Shown here: in pieces, positions 39,118 to 48,830 of the stretch | How positions within the stretch are numbered: the first letter of the stretch is position 1 | Layout: every line of letters begins with the position of its first letter | NCBI GenBank assembly: GCA_041288095.1 | Contig: JBGGMJ010000212.1 | Coordinates: 1-64,000 of the forward strand | Direction: 5' to 3' | Origin: Myxococcota bacterium | Lineage (GTDB): Bacteria > Myxococcota > XYA12-FULL-58-9 > JALHOP01 | DNA: 64,000 nt | Notes under the pieces: generated by a model | The model's input: the letters and a program-made list of their open reading frames with translations, nothing else | What the model was told of the DNA's origin: nothing | The model's database searches: none | Program-made: the position numbers and the translations under genes

Positions 39118-41343
39118 ATGGACACCCGCCTCCGCCGCTCCCATACCCACCGCCACTACCTCTCTTCCGCGCCGCACCAAGGCGGTATCCAGCAGGCGGC
39201 GACCCGGCACTTCTACGATCACACAGCGGCCAAGCAGGCCTCGCATAGCCGCCATTTCCCCGACGCGACCTTTGGCCATCTCAGCAAGCGGCCGATTCCC
39301 GGCGTCAGCGCCGCTCTCGCCCAGAACCCGGCGAGCGAGCTGGCTCTGCACGGCGCGAGCCTGGCGTTCGCTCCCGAGCCGCCGAAGAAGCCGGCCATCG
39401 GCAAATGGGGCTTCGATACCGACGGCATGGACCTCGCCGTCAAAGCCGGCGACGACTTCAACCGTCACGCCAACGGCATTGCCCTCGACAAGACCGAGAT
39501 CCCGGCCGACGCCAACTCGATGGGCGCCTTCATCCGCTTGCGCGACCTGTCGACCCAGCGCACCCGCGACATCGTCGAGTCCCTCGCAAAAGCCGAGAGC
39601 TCCGAGGGCAGCGGCGAGCGCAAGGTACGCGACCTCTACGGCAGCTTCATGGACGTCAAAACCATCGAGGCCGCCGGTGTGAAGCCCTTGGCGCCCGAGC
39701 TCGAGCTCATCGCCGGCATCAAGAGCTCGCAAGACATCGCCCGCGTCATGGCGCAGCTGTCACGCACCGGCGCCACCCCCTTCGGCTTGTCCATCGGCCC
39801 CGACAGCAAGAAGCCTACCGAATACATCGCCGGCTTCTCGCAAGGTGGCCTGGGCCTCCCCGACCGCGACTTCTACCTCGAGAAAGACCCGCGCAGCGTC
39901 GAGCTCCAGGGCAAATACAAGCAGCACATCGCCAACATGTTGAAGCTCGCCGGGGTCGCTGACGCCGACACCCGCGCGCAGAAGATCTACGACCTCGAGC
40001 ACAAGATGGCCGAGGTCCACTGGTCGAACGTCGACTCGCGCGACGCCGAGAAGACCTACAACAAATGGACGCGCGCCGACTTCGACAAGCTCGCGCCCGG
40101 CGTCGACTGGAACGCCTACCTGGGTGGCATCGGCGTCGGCAAAGAGAGCCACTTCATCGTCGGCCAACCGTCCGCGATCGCGGGCATGGCGAAGCTCGTT
40201 GCCGCCGAGTCGGTCGACACCTGGCGCGACTACCTCACCTTCCACCTCATCAAGGGTGGCGCGCCGCTGCTCCCCAAGGCCTTCGTCGACGAAGACTTCG
40301 CCTTCTCCGGGAAGATCCTCGCCGGCAAGCCCGAGCAAGGCGAGCGCTGGAAGCGCGGCGTGGCGTTGACCTCGAACGCTCTCGCTGACGTGATCGCGCA
40401 GCACTACGTCGCCAAGCACTTCACGCCCGAGACCAAGGCGCGCATGGAGAAGATCGTCAAGGACGTGGTCGCCGCCATGGACGCGCGCCTCGACGAGGTG
40501 CCGTGGATGGCCAAGGAGACCCGGAAGAAAGCCAAGGAGAAGCTCGCGTCCTTCAAGGCGATGATCGGCTACCCCGACACCTGGCGCGACTACGGCAAGC
40601 TCACCATCGAGCCGGGCCAGGCCTACGCCAACATGCAGCGTGTCGCCGAGGGCGAGCACCAGCGCAACCTCGACAAGCTCGGCCAGCCGATCAATCGCGG
40701 CGAGTGGTTCATGACGCCGATGACCGTGAACGCCTACGCGGATCCGAGCGTCAACGTCATCTGCTTCCCCGCGGCGATCTTGCAGCCGCCGTTCTTCGAT
40801 CCCAACGCCGACGACGCGGTGAACTACGGCGCCATCGGCGCGGTCATCGGTCACGAGATCGGCCACCACTTCGACGATCAAGGGCGCAAGTACGACGCCG
40901 AGGGCCGTCTGACCGACTGGTGGCTGCCGTCGGACGTGAAGAACTTCAAGGCGATCACCGACAAGGTGGTGGCGCAGTACGGCGCCTTCGAGCCGTTGCC
41001 CGGCGTCAAAGTCAACGGCGAGCTGACCCTGGGCGAGAACATCGGCGACCTCACTGGTCTCGATCTCGCCTACGATGCGTATCGCGCGTCGCTCAACGGG
41101 AAACCGGCCCCGATCATCGACGGCACCACCGGCGGCCAGCGCTTCTTCCTGGGCTTCGCGCAGGTATGGCGCACCAAATACCGCGAGAAGGCGCTACGCA
41201 ACCTCCTCGCCACCGACCCGCACTCGCCGGGCATGGTGCGCGCCGGCAGCGTCCGCAACAGCGACGCCTGGTACGGTGCCTTCGGCGTCGAGCCGGGTGA
41301 CAAGATGTACCTGCCGCCCGAGCAGCGCCTGCACGTCTGGTGA
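39118..41343 (+). CDS. M13 neprilysin/PepO-like metallopeptidase with His-rich N-terminal extension
   Basis: VNAY, HEIGHHFD, GENIGD, DPHSP; AGGAGA RBS; start re-called. Confidence 0.95.
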   Translation: MDTRLRRSHTHRHYLSSAPHQGGIQQAATRHFYDHTAAKQASHSRHFPDATFGHLSKRPIPGVSAALAQNPASELALHGASLAFAPEPPKKPAIGKWGFDTDGMDLAVKAGDDFNRHANGIALDKTEIPADANSMGAFIRLRDLSTQRTRDIVESLAKAESSEGSGERKVRDLYGSFMDVKTIEAAGVKPLAPELELIAGIKSSQDIARVMAQLSRTGATPFGLSIGPDSKKPTEYIAGFSQGGLGLPDRDFYLEKDPRSVELQGKYKQHIANMLKLAGVADADTRAQKIYDLEHKMAEVHWSNVDSRDAEKTYNKWTRADFDKLAPGVDWNAYLGGIGVGKESHFIVGQPSAIAGMAKLVAAESVDTWRDYLTFHLIKGGAPLLPKAFVDEDFAFSGKILAGKPEQGERWKRGVALTSNALADVIAQHYVAKHFTPETKARMEKIVKDVVAAMDARLDEVPWMAKETRKKAKEKLASFKAMIGYPDTWRDYGKLTIEPGQAYANMQRVAEGEHQRNLDKLGQPINRGEWFMTPMTVNAYADPSVNVICFPAAILQPPFFDPNADDAVNYGAIGAVIGHEIGHHFDDQGRKYDAEGRLTDWWLPSDVKNFKAITDKVVAQYGAFEPLPGVKVNGELTLGENIGDLTGLDLAYDAYRASLNGKPAPIIDGTTGGQRFFLGFAQVWRTKYREKALRNLLATDPHSPGMVRAGSVRNSDAWYGAFGVEPGDKMYLPPEQRLHVW

Positions 41344-41391
41344 CGCACAGCAGCGTGTGCCGTGAGGGCACAGCGTCTCCGAGCGTGTGTC

Positions 41392-41399
41392 GCCGATAA
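41392..41399 (+). promoter_or_regulatory. sigma28-like -10 box GCCGATAA (no clear -35)
   Basis: Perfect -10, 36 nt before ATG 41436. Confidence 0.5.
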
Positions 41400-41435
41400 G
41401 CTCGGCTCACACCGCCGCGTAAATTGGAGACCTCT

Positions 41436-41822
41436 ATGACCTCGGAAATCAACTTCACTGGCCGCAGCGCACCGCGTGGCATCGTCGCCCCCGGACCGCG
41501 CGTCCAGCTCGGCATCAAGCAGGGCGATAGCTTTCAGATTCGCCCCGGCGAGCCGCTCTACGTGTTCGTCCCACTGACCGTTGGCACGAATTTCAGCTTT
41601 GCACAGATGGAGAAGAGCGCTTTCTCCATCGGTCCGTCGCAGATGCCGCCAGGAGTCGGCACCCCCCGGATCGCGGGCGAGTGGTTCCAGATTTCAATGA
41701 CGCCCGGCGTCCGCGAAGGCACGCGCGAAGAAGTGCGCCTGCAGACGAAGGCCACCCCGGAGGCCGTCGCGCACACGGCGCTGACGTTCACGCTGGTCAC
41801 CGGCGGTCGCCGCTTCTACTAG
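41436..41822 (+). CDS. Small hypothetical beta-rich protein
   Basis: GGAGA RBS; MTSEINFTGRSAPRG. Confidence 0.6.
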   Translation: MTSEINFTGRSAPRGIVAPGPRVQLGIKQGDSFQIRPGEPLYVFVPLTVGTNFSFAQMEKSAFSIGPSQMPPGVGTPRIAGEWFQISMTPGVREGTREEVRLQTKATPEAVAHTALTFTLVTGGRRFY

Positions 41823-41826
41823 AGCG

Positions 41827-42366
41827 TTAGACCCTGGGCGCGGCGAGCTGTAGGGCCGCGCCATTCGCCGGGCGACCATAACGCTGGGCGAAAGCGAGCG
41901 CGCGCGTGAGGTCTGGGGTGCGCAACGAGCCCTGCTGACCCGGCGCGTTCTCCGGACAACCGGCGTTGATCCAGCGCGCGATCTCGTCGATCTGATCATC
42001 CGGCAGGTACGGACCACCCGACGGCATACGCGCGAACATGTCACCGTCGGCGCGCAGGTAGCGAATGATGTAGGTCTCTTCGGCGCGTCCGTTTCCGCGG
42101 AGGCTCTCGTCGATGAGCGGGAAGCGCATGTCGCCGAGCTCGACCGCGGCGCTCAGCAGCTCGTCGCGGGTGCCCCACTTGAAGCTCGGGCCGTGCACTT
42201 CGAGGTGCGGTTCGCGCTGCTGGTCGGTGTGCCAGGCGGAGATGGCGCCATCGAGGATCTGCTTGACGCGCGCGAAGCCGGGGACCGGGCCGGGCGGCGT
42301 GGCTGTCGCGGGAGCCGCCTGCGCGACTTGGACGCCGGTGCTTTGAATGCGGTCGATAGGCTGCAT
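41827..42366 (-). CDS. Hypothetical protein with cytochrome-c-like C-terminal motif but no CxxCH
   Basis: RMPSGGPYLPDDQIDEIARWINAGCP; GGAG RBS; start re-called. Confidence 0.65.
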   Translation of the reverse strand: MQPIDRIQSTGVQVAQAAPATATPPGPVPGFARVKQILDGAISAWHTDQQREPHLEVHGPSFKWGTRDELLSAAVELGDMRFPLIDESLRGNGRAEETYIIRYLRADGDMFARMPSGGPYLPDDQIDEIARWINAGCPENAPGQQGSLRTPDLTRALAFAQRYGRPANGAALQLAAPRV

Positions 42367-42419
42367 GAACGGACTCCAGATGAAGGCCGAAAAACGGTAA
42401 AAATGTAGGGAGCGCCTAA

Positions 42420-42446
42420 TCATCGGCGCATGGGCCCGCCTGGTGC
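42420..42446 (-). promoter_or_regulatory. sigma28-like promoter GCACC-N14-GCCGATGA
   Basis: Left member of a divergent pair. Confidence 0.65.
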
Positions 42447-42502
42447 GCGGGAACCGCGATCCGTGCCACCTAGGTTACAGCTCCAGCGTCGGTCACAATT
42501 CC

Positions 42503-42530
42503 GCGACGAACCGGCAACGTTTGCCGATGA
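42503..42530 (+). promoter_or_regulatory. sigma28-like promoter GCGAC-N15-GCCGATGA
   Basis: Right member of a divergent pair, upstream of the four-gene operon. Confidence 0.65.
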
Positions 42531-42622
42531 ATTGACCCGCTAGCGGCTTCCCCATCCAGTCGCCGGTCCTCACCCACAACTCAAGGCCACGCCGCATCAA
42601 GCGATGAGCTCGAGAGGTTCAC

Positions 42623-43999
42623 GTGTCTTCACAGCTTCAAGTCAATTTCGACAATCCAGATGTTCAGGCCCGTGTCACCGCCATGCGCGGCGAAGCCCTG
42701 GAATCCGGTGTCACGGAAGGGGAATTTGACGAGGCGCTGGGTCGCGCCAATCAGGTCGACGGTGACCGCGACCTCTTCAGCGATACCGACCTCGGCCACC
42801 TCGAGGAGGCGCTTCAAAACACCCGCCAGGCCATCGCGCTCCGGCCACCGCGCAGGGGGTTCGCGCCCCAAGCGCCGCGCCAAAGCCTCACCGAGAAGCT
42901 CGAGGAGAACCTCGAGACCAACCGCCGCACCGCCGCCACCGCTCAGCAAGCCGGCAACGGCCTGTCGGTCGATCTCGTTCGCGGCGCGGCTCCCGCCGAG
43001 CCCGTTCGTACCCCGCCGCCGGCGGCTACCGAGCATCGCCTGCTCTCGGCCAACGGCGTCACCCGCACGACCTACTGGGGTCGCGTGTCGCCCGACGGCA
43101 CCGTGTTCGCCATCGGCAGCAACCGCGGCGTCAGCGCCTTCGACATTCGCGAAGGTCAAAGCAACGCGGTGCACTTCCGCCAGGGCTCGTTCGACCCGAC
43201 GTTCACCAACGACGCGCTCATCTTCCAGGGCGGCGGTACGTGGCGCGCCTCGATGGATTGGCTGCGCAACAACCCCCCGGAGGAAGTGAACGGCGAGGTC
43301 CCGGGGCACGTGCAGCGCATCGGCTCGCTCGCCCTCTATCAGGACGTCGCCGCCGACGGCGCCCGCGGCATCGCGCTCGACGGCCACATGTGGACCCCCG
43401 ACTCTGGCCCCAGCAAGCGTGACCCGCGAATCACCGGCTCGAAGACCGCGAGCGTCCGCTTCCATCACCTGGACTCGTTGGCCGGCGCCACCGCGCCGCA
43501 AAACGTGCAGACGGTCTCGACGCCATTCCACAGCGGCTTCCAGCTTTCGAACGACGGTAGTCACGTCGTGTCGATGATCGCGAACCCCGACGCACCGACC
43601 CAGCAGGTCGGCTACGCCATTTACCGCGTGTCGCGCCGCGATAGCGGAGAGGTCGATCTCACGCCGGTGCGCGCCGTCTCGGGCCTGCGCGGCGGCAAGC
43701 CGAAGATGGGCGGTGACTTCGTCGCCTTCCACCACGCCGTGACCGCCGAGGACTTCGCCTCGTACGGGTTCGCTTCCGCGGACGACCCGGCGTTCCAGGA
43801 GCTGCTGCGCCAGGGCACGGCCGACATCTACGTTTACAACATGCGGGACAACACCGTGCGCCGGGCCACCAACGCCGGCGCCGGCAACCTCGCCTGGTTC
43901 CCGTCGTTCAGCCAGGACGCGCAAGGCAACTACCGCGTCCACTACTTACAACTCAACGCCGACGGCTCGCGCCGCATCATGTCGGCCCCGGTGAACTAA
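42623..43999 (+). CDS. TolB-like beta-propeller protein, paralog A
   Basis: VSPDG..FAIGSNR, DIYVYN....RRAT....AWFPSFS; GAGAGG RBS. Confidence 0.7.
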   Translation: MSSQLQVNFDNPDVQARVTAMRGEALESGVTEGEFDEALGRANQVDGDRDLFSDTDLGHLEEALQNTRQAIALRPPRRGFAPQAPRQSLTEKLEENLETNRRTAATAQQAGNGLSVDLVRGAAPAEPVRTPPPAATEHRLLSANGVTRTTYWGRVSPDGTVFAIGSNRGVSAFDIREGQSNAVHFRQGSFDPTFTNDALIFQGGGTWRASMDWLRNNPPEEVNGEVPGHVQRIGSLALYQDVAADGARGIALDGHMWTPDSGPSKRDPRITGSKTASVRFHHLDSLAGATAPQNVQTVSTPFHSGFQLSNDGSHVVSMIANPDAPTQQVGYAIYRVSRRDSGEVDLTPVRAVSGLRGGKPKMGGDFVAFHHAVTAEDFASYGFASADDPAFQELLRQGTADIYVYNMRDNTVRRATNAGAGNLAWFPSFSQDAQGNYRVHYLQLNADGSRRIMSAPVN

Positions 44000-45339
44000 T
44001 GACCACCATGCAACCCGTAGGCAGCAACACCGTCGTCGCCCGCATCAACGAGGAGCCACCCGTCGGTGGCACCGGGCCGTACAACCCGAACCCGCCGTTC
44101 GCACCCGGCCAGATCGCGAGCGCTCCGGCGCCGAAGTGGACGCCGATCATGCAGCGCCCCGCCGCGGAGCTCGGGCTGCAAGCACCGGCTCAGCGCAGCG
44201 TGCGCGATAGCGTACAGACCATCGCCGCGGCCGCCGCGGGCCCGAGCGACGCTTTGCCGATCAACGTGCAGAGCAGCCGGCCCTACCCCGAGCTCGGCGT
44301 CAGCGTGCAGACGCTCGCCAGCGGTCTGAACTCGGTGTGGAGCATGGCGTACGCCCCGAACGGCGACGTCTACTTCACCGAGCGTCCGGGCCGCGTGCGC
44401 CTGATCCGCGACGGCGTCGTCCAGCCGGAGCCGGTGATGAGCCTCCAGGTCGGCGGTGGCGAAGGTGGCCTCTTGGGCATGGCCCTCGACCCGAACTTCG
44501 CGCAGAACCGCAATGCTTACCTGTACTACACGGCTTCGGGAAACCGTGAGAACCGCGTGGTCCGCGTCACTCTCGGCGCCGATGGCCGCAGCGCTGGCCC
44601 CGAGACCGTGCTGGTGTCCGGCATTCCCGCCGCGGGCAACCACAACGGCGGTCGCATCGCCTTCGGTCCCGACGGCAAGCTCTACATCACCACTGGTGAT
44701 GCGGGCCGCGCTCAGAATTCGCAGTCGCTTGGCTCGCTCGCCGGCAAGATCTTGCGCGTCAACAGCGATGGCACCGCCCCCAGCGACAACCCGTTCGTAG
44801 GCCGCGAAGGCGCCGACGCGCGCATCTGGAGCTACGGCCATCGCAATCCGCAGGGGCTCGGCTGGAACAGCCGTGGCGATCTGGTGGCGAGCGAGTTCGG
44901 ATCGTCGGCGAACGACGAGATCAATCTGATCCGGCCCGGCAGCAACTACGGCTGGCCGAACGCCGAAGGCGATAGCCACGCTCCGCCCTTCACGCCGCCG
45001 CTCGCGCACGCCGGCCGCGGTCCGAGCTGGGCGCCATCGGGCAGCACCTTTTTGACCAGCGACAAGATTCCGCAATGGCGGAACAACTATTTCATGTCGA
45101 TGCTCGGCTTCAGCGCCGGCGCCGCTCGCGGCGTGCAGCGCTTCGAGATCGACGAGAACAACGTCGTGCGTCGCCAGCAGAACCTGTTCCGCGACGACTT
45201 CGGTCGCGTGCGCAGCGTGAGCCAGGGTCCCGACGGCTATCTCTACATGACGACAAGCAATCTCGACGGCCGTGGCCCACGGCTGCCGGAAGGCGATCGG
45301 ATCCTCCGCATCGTCCCGCTCGAGCGCGCTTCGAACTAA
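43999..45339 (+). CDS. PQQ-dependent sugar dehydrogenase (GSDH family), no signal peptide
   Basis: TERPGR, GEGGLLG, HNGGRIAFGPDGKLY, GHRNPQG, GRVR. Confidence 0.9.
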   Translation: MTTMQPVGSNTVVARINEEPPVGGTGPYNPNPPFAPGQIASAPAPKWTPIMQRPAAELGLQAPAQRSVRDSVQTIAAAAAGPSDALPINVQSSRPYPELGVSVQTLASGLNSVWSMAYAPNGDVYFTERPGRVRLIRDGVVQPEPVMSLQVGGGEGGLLGMALDPNFAQNRNAYLYYTASGNRENRVVRVTLGADGRSAGPETVLVSGIPAAGNHNGGRIAFGPDGKLYITTGDAGRAQNSQSLGSLAGKILRVNSDGTAPSDNPFVGREGADARIWSYGHRNPQGLGWNSRGDLVASEFGSSANDEINLIRPGSNYGWPNAEGDSHAPPFTPPLAHAGRGPSWAPSGSTFLTSDKIPQWRNNYFMSMLGFSAGAARGVQRFEIDENNVVRRQQNLFRDDFGRVRSVSQGPDGYLYMTTSNLDGRGPRLPEGDRILRIVPLERASN

Positions 45340-45370
45340 TCCATTCAGTATAATCCACTAGGAGTGTCCC

Positions 45371-46762
45371 GTGTCCGCCATCGATCAATTGACCTTCGAC
45401 AGCAGCGTAGTTCGTGACCGTGTTCGCGCCATGCGCAATGAAGCAGTAACCGCCGGCGTCGAGCCCGGTGAGTTCGACGAGGCCCTCGGCCGCGCCAACG
45501 TCATCGACGGCGACCGCGACCGTTTCAGCGAGATCGACCTCGGTACGCTCGAGCAAGCCGTCGGCGATCGCCGCCGCGACATGTCGCTGCGCCCCGGCTT
45601 CGGCCCCGGCCTGTCGTTGCCGTCGACCGCGCAAATCATCGACCGCAACCTCGAGCAGACCCGCCGCGACGCGGCGCTCGCGACCACCCTCCCCGGCCTC
45701 ACCGCCGACATCGTCGCGACGGCTCAGCCGGCGCAGCCGACCTTCGGCGCCGCGCAGGCAGGCACCGAGCTGCGTAACCTCGCGGCCAACGGCATCACCA
45801 GCACCTCGTACTGGGGTCGCGTGTCGCCGAACGGCGAGATGTTCGCCATCGGCAGCAACCGCGGCGTGTCGCTCGTCGACCTGCGCCCCGGCCAGAGCAA
45901 CGCCGTCCACTTCCGTCAGGGCTCGTATGACCCGACGTTCGGCGACGACGCGCTCTACTTCCAAGGTGGCGGCACCTGGCGCGTCGGCATGGACTGGCTG
46001 CGCAACAACCCGCCCGAGAACGTGACCGGCGAAGTCCCCGGTGGCGTGCAGCGCGTCACTTCGCTCGCGCTCTACCAAGACGTCATGGGCAGCGACCGTA
46101 ATGGCTACGCTCTCGACGGCCACCTCTGGGCCGGCGATGCGGCGCCCAGCACGCGTGACCCGCGCGTCAGTGGCTCGGCCACCGCGAGCGTCCGCGTGCA
46201 CTCGTTGAACGGTCTCGCGACCGGCACCGATCGCAACACGCAGACCATCGCGACGCCGTTCCACAGCGGCTGGCAGATGTCGCACGACGGCCGGCACATG
46301 GTGTCGCAGATCGTCGATCCGGCGAACCCGAACACCCAGCGGGGCTACGCCATCTACGGTGTCAGCCGTAGCGACAGCGGCGCGGTCGAGCTGAGCCCGG
46401 TGCGTCTCGTGTCGGGTCTGCAAGGCGGCAAGCCGAAGATGGGCGGCGACTACCTCGCCTACCACCACGCGGTCACGGCGGCGGACTTCGCGCACTACGG
46501 GTTCGCTTCGGCCGAAGACCCGGCGTTCCAGGACCTCCTGCGCCGCGGCACCGCCGACATCTATCTGTACAACATCCGTGACAACACGGTCCGTCGCGCC
46601 ACCAACGCCGGCCCGGGCAATCTCGCCTGGTTCCCGTCGTTCGCGACCAACGCCGACGGCACGCTGCGCGTGGTCTACCTGCAGCGCAACACCGACGGCA
46701 GCAACCGCGTGATGTCGATCAACGCGGACGCCCCGGCGCCAGCGTCGGCTCCGGCCCAGTAA
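45371..46762 (+). CDS. TolB-like beta-propeller protein, paralog B
   Basis: Colinear with and highly similar to 42623-43999; AGGAG RBS. Confidence 0.7.
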   Translation: MSAIDQLTFDSSVVRDRVRAMRNEAVTAGVEPGEFDEALGRANVIDGDRDRFSEIDLGTLEQAVGDRRRDMSLRPGFGPGLSLPSTAQIIDRNLEQTRRDAALATTLPGLTADIVATAQPAQPTFGAAQAGTELRNLAANGITSTSYWGRVSPNGEMFAIGSNRGVSLVDLRPGQSNAVHFRQGSYDPTFGDDALYFQGGGTWRVGMDWLRNNPPENVTGEVPGGVQRVTSLALYQDVMGSDRNGYALDGHLWAGDAAPSTRDPRVSGSATASVRVHSLNGLATGTDRNTQTIATPFHSGWQMSHDGRHMVSQIVDPANPNTQRGYAIYGVSRSDSGAVELSPVRLVSGLQGGKPKMGGDYLAYHHAVTAADFAHYGFASAEDPAFQDLLRRGTADIYLYNIRDNTVRRATNAGPGNLAWFPSFATNADGTLRVVYLQRNTDGSNRVMSINADAPAPASAPAQ

Positions 46763-46763
46763 G

Positions 46764-48827
46764 ATGATGGTCGAGGCGGTCAACCGTCTCTTTGCTCGCC
46801 TCGGCCTTTCCAGTGCGCCGAGCGAACCGGCTTTGCCGCCGTTTCGTCCGGAAGATATTTGCACCTCCGATCCGGAGCGCCGCGTCCCACCGAGCTTCCT
46901 CGGTGAGGCGCGGCCTTCGGCCGTCGCCCACCATCACGGCATCGCACCGGCGCCACGCGTAGCGGCTCCGCTATCGCGTCCCACCACCTGGACGCCCCAG
47001 CAGTACGAGCGCTTCGCGGCACGGGTCCGCGAGTATCTCGCGCAAAACGACACCCTCCTGCCGCATCATGCCGCTTGGCACGAGGTGAACGGCCCCGGCG
47101 GCTCGCGCGGCCCCGGCTCGGGCACCGCTTTCTTGCAGATGCATCACGAGATGATCGTCGACATGGAGCGCTTCATCCGCGCCTCGGGGCGCGACCTCGA
47201 TCTGGTGCCGCTGGTCGAATGGCGGCCGACGCAGGAGGTGCCGCCGCAGCTCGGTAACGTCGAACGCTACTCGACCACCCCGAACGTGCGCACGCCGTCG
47301 TGGCTCACGAGCGAGGGTGGCACGGAGCGCGCGCCGATCTTCGGTTACACCCGCCTCGCCGACTTCAAGAGCCTCGACGAGCTCGGTCGCGCCTTTGGCA
47401 GCGGCCCGCCGGACAATCTCGGCTACCACGGCGCCGGCCACGCTGGAGTCGGCGGCGTCATGTGGAGTCGCCGCGCGCCCGTCGATCCGGTCTTCTGGCT
47501 GTGGCACCGCCACATCGACAACATCGTCGAGACCTGGCTTGCGACCGAAAACGGCCGCGCCTGGGCGGCGACCGACGAAGGCCGCGCCTGGCGTGAGGCG
47601 ACTGGCCACCATCACCACGCGGCGCCGGGCGACAAGGTTCACGAGCGCACCGAAGCGCTGCTGCGTATGCGCGCCGCCAACGCCGCCGACTACGAGAGCT
47701 ACATGTCGGGCTCGTCCTTCGACCCGCCCGTGAACGCCTGGCCCGCCGACGCGCTGCCGATCAACGTCCAGAGCTCCGAGCGCATGAACCATCTCGGCGT
47801 CACGGTGCAGACGCTCGCAAGCGATCTGCGCGTGCCGTGGGGCATGGCCTTCGCGCCGAACGGCGACGTCTACTTCACCGAGCGCGGTGGCCGCGTTCGC
47901 GTCATCCGCGACGGCGTCGTGCAGTCACAGCCCGTCCTCACCATCCCGGTCGGGGGCGGCGAAGGTGGCCTGCTCGGCATCGCGCTCGATCCGGATTTCG
48001 CGCGCAACAACCTCGCCTATCTTTACTACACGACACCCGGCTCGACCGAGAACCGCGTCGTGCGCGTGCCGCTCGCGGGCCCCAACGTCGGCCAGCAGTC
48101 GGTCATCGTCTCGGGCATCCCGGCCTCCGGCATCCATAACGGCGGACGCATCGCCTTCGGCCCCGACGGCAAGCTCTACATCACCACCGGCGACGCGGCG
48201 CGCTCGAACAGCGCCCAGGACCTGCGCTCGCTCGGCGGCAAGATCTTGCGCGTCAACAGAGACGGCTCCGCTCCCGCGGACAACCCCTTCGTGGGTCGTG
48301 CCGATGCCGACGCGCGCATCTGGACCTACGGCCACCGCAACCCGCAGGGTCTATCCTGGAACAGCCGTGGCGAGCTGATCGCCAGCGAGCTCGGCGGCGC
48401 CTCGCAGGACGAGATCAATCTCATTCGTCCCGGCAGCAACTATGGCTGGCCCGAGGCCCAGGGCGACTCGCACCGCCCGCCGTTCACGGCACCGCTGGCT
48501 CATGCCGGCCGCAACCCGAGCTGGGCCCCATCGGGCGGCACGTTCCTCACCAGCGGCAAGATCCCGCAGTGGCAGGACCGCTATTTCATGGCGATGCTCG
48601 GCTTTGGCCCTGGCGCCGCGCGCGGCCTGCGGATGTTCGAGCTCGACGAGAACAACCAGGTGCGCAACCAGACCGTGTTGTTCCGTGACGTCTACGGCCG
48701 CGTTCGCAACGTCATGCAGGGCCCCGACGGTTATCTCTACGTAACCACCAGCAACCATGATGGTCGCGGCGAGCCCGGACGCGGCGATGATCAGATCCTG
48801 CGCATCGTCCCGAGCACGGCGCGCTGA
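46764..48827 (+). CDS. Tyrosinase-like type-3 copper domain fused to a PQQ-dependent sugar dehydrogenase
   Basis: HHAAWH...FLQMHH and YHGAGH...DPVFWLWHRHID, then a GSDH domain closely similar to 43999. Confidence 0.85.
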   Translation: MMVEAVNRLFARLGLSSAPSEPALPPFRPEDICTSDPERRVPPSFLGEARPSAVAHHHGIAPAPRVAAPLSRPTTWTPQQYERFAARVREYLAQNDTLLPHHAAWHEVNGPGGSRGPGSGTAFLQMHHEMIVDMERFIRASGRDLDLVPLVEWRPTQEVPPQLGNVERYSTTPNVRTPSWLTSEGGTERAPIFGYTRLADFKSLDELGRAFGSGPPDNLGYHGAGHAGVGGVMWSRRAPVDPVFWLWHRHIDNIVETWLATENGRAWAATDEGRAWREATGHHHHAAPGDKVHERTEALLRMRAANAADYESYMSGSSFDPPVNAWPADALPINVQSSERMNHLGVTVQTLASDLRVPWGMAFAPNGDVYFTERGGRVRVIRDGVVQSQPVLTIPVGGGEGGLLGIALDPDFARNNLAYLYYTTPGSTENRVVRVPLAGPNVGQQSVIVSGIPASGIHNGGRIAFGPDGKLYITTGDAARSNSAQDLRSLGGKILRVNRDGSAPADNPFVGRADADARIWTYGHRNPQGLSWNSRGELIASELGGASQDEINLIRPGSNYGWPEAQGDSHRPPFTAPLAHAGRNPSWAPSGGTFLTSGKIPQWQDRYFMAMLGFGPGAARGLRMFELDENNQVRNQTVLFRDVYGRVRNVMQGPDGYLYVTTSNHDGRGEPGRGDDQILRIVPSTAR

Positions 48828-48830
48828 CCG

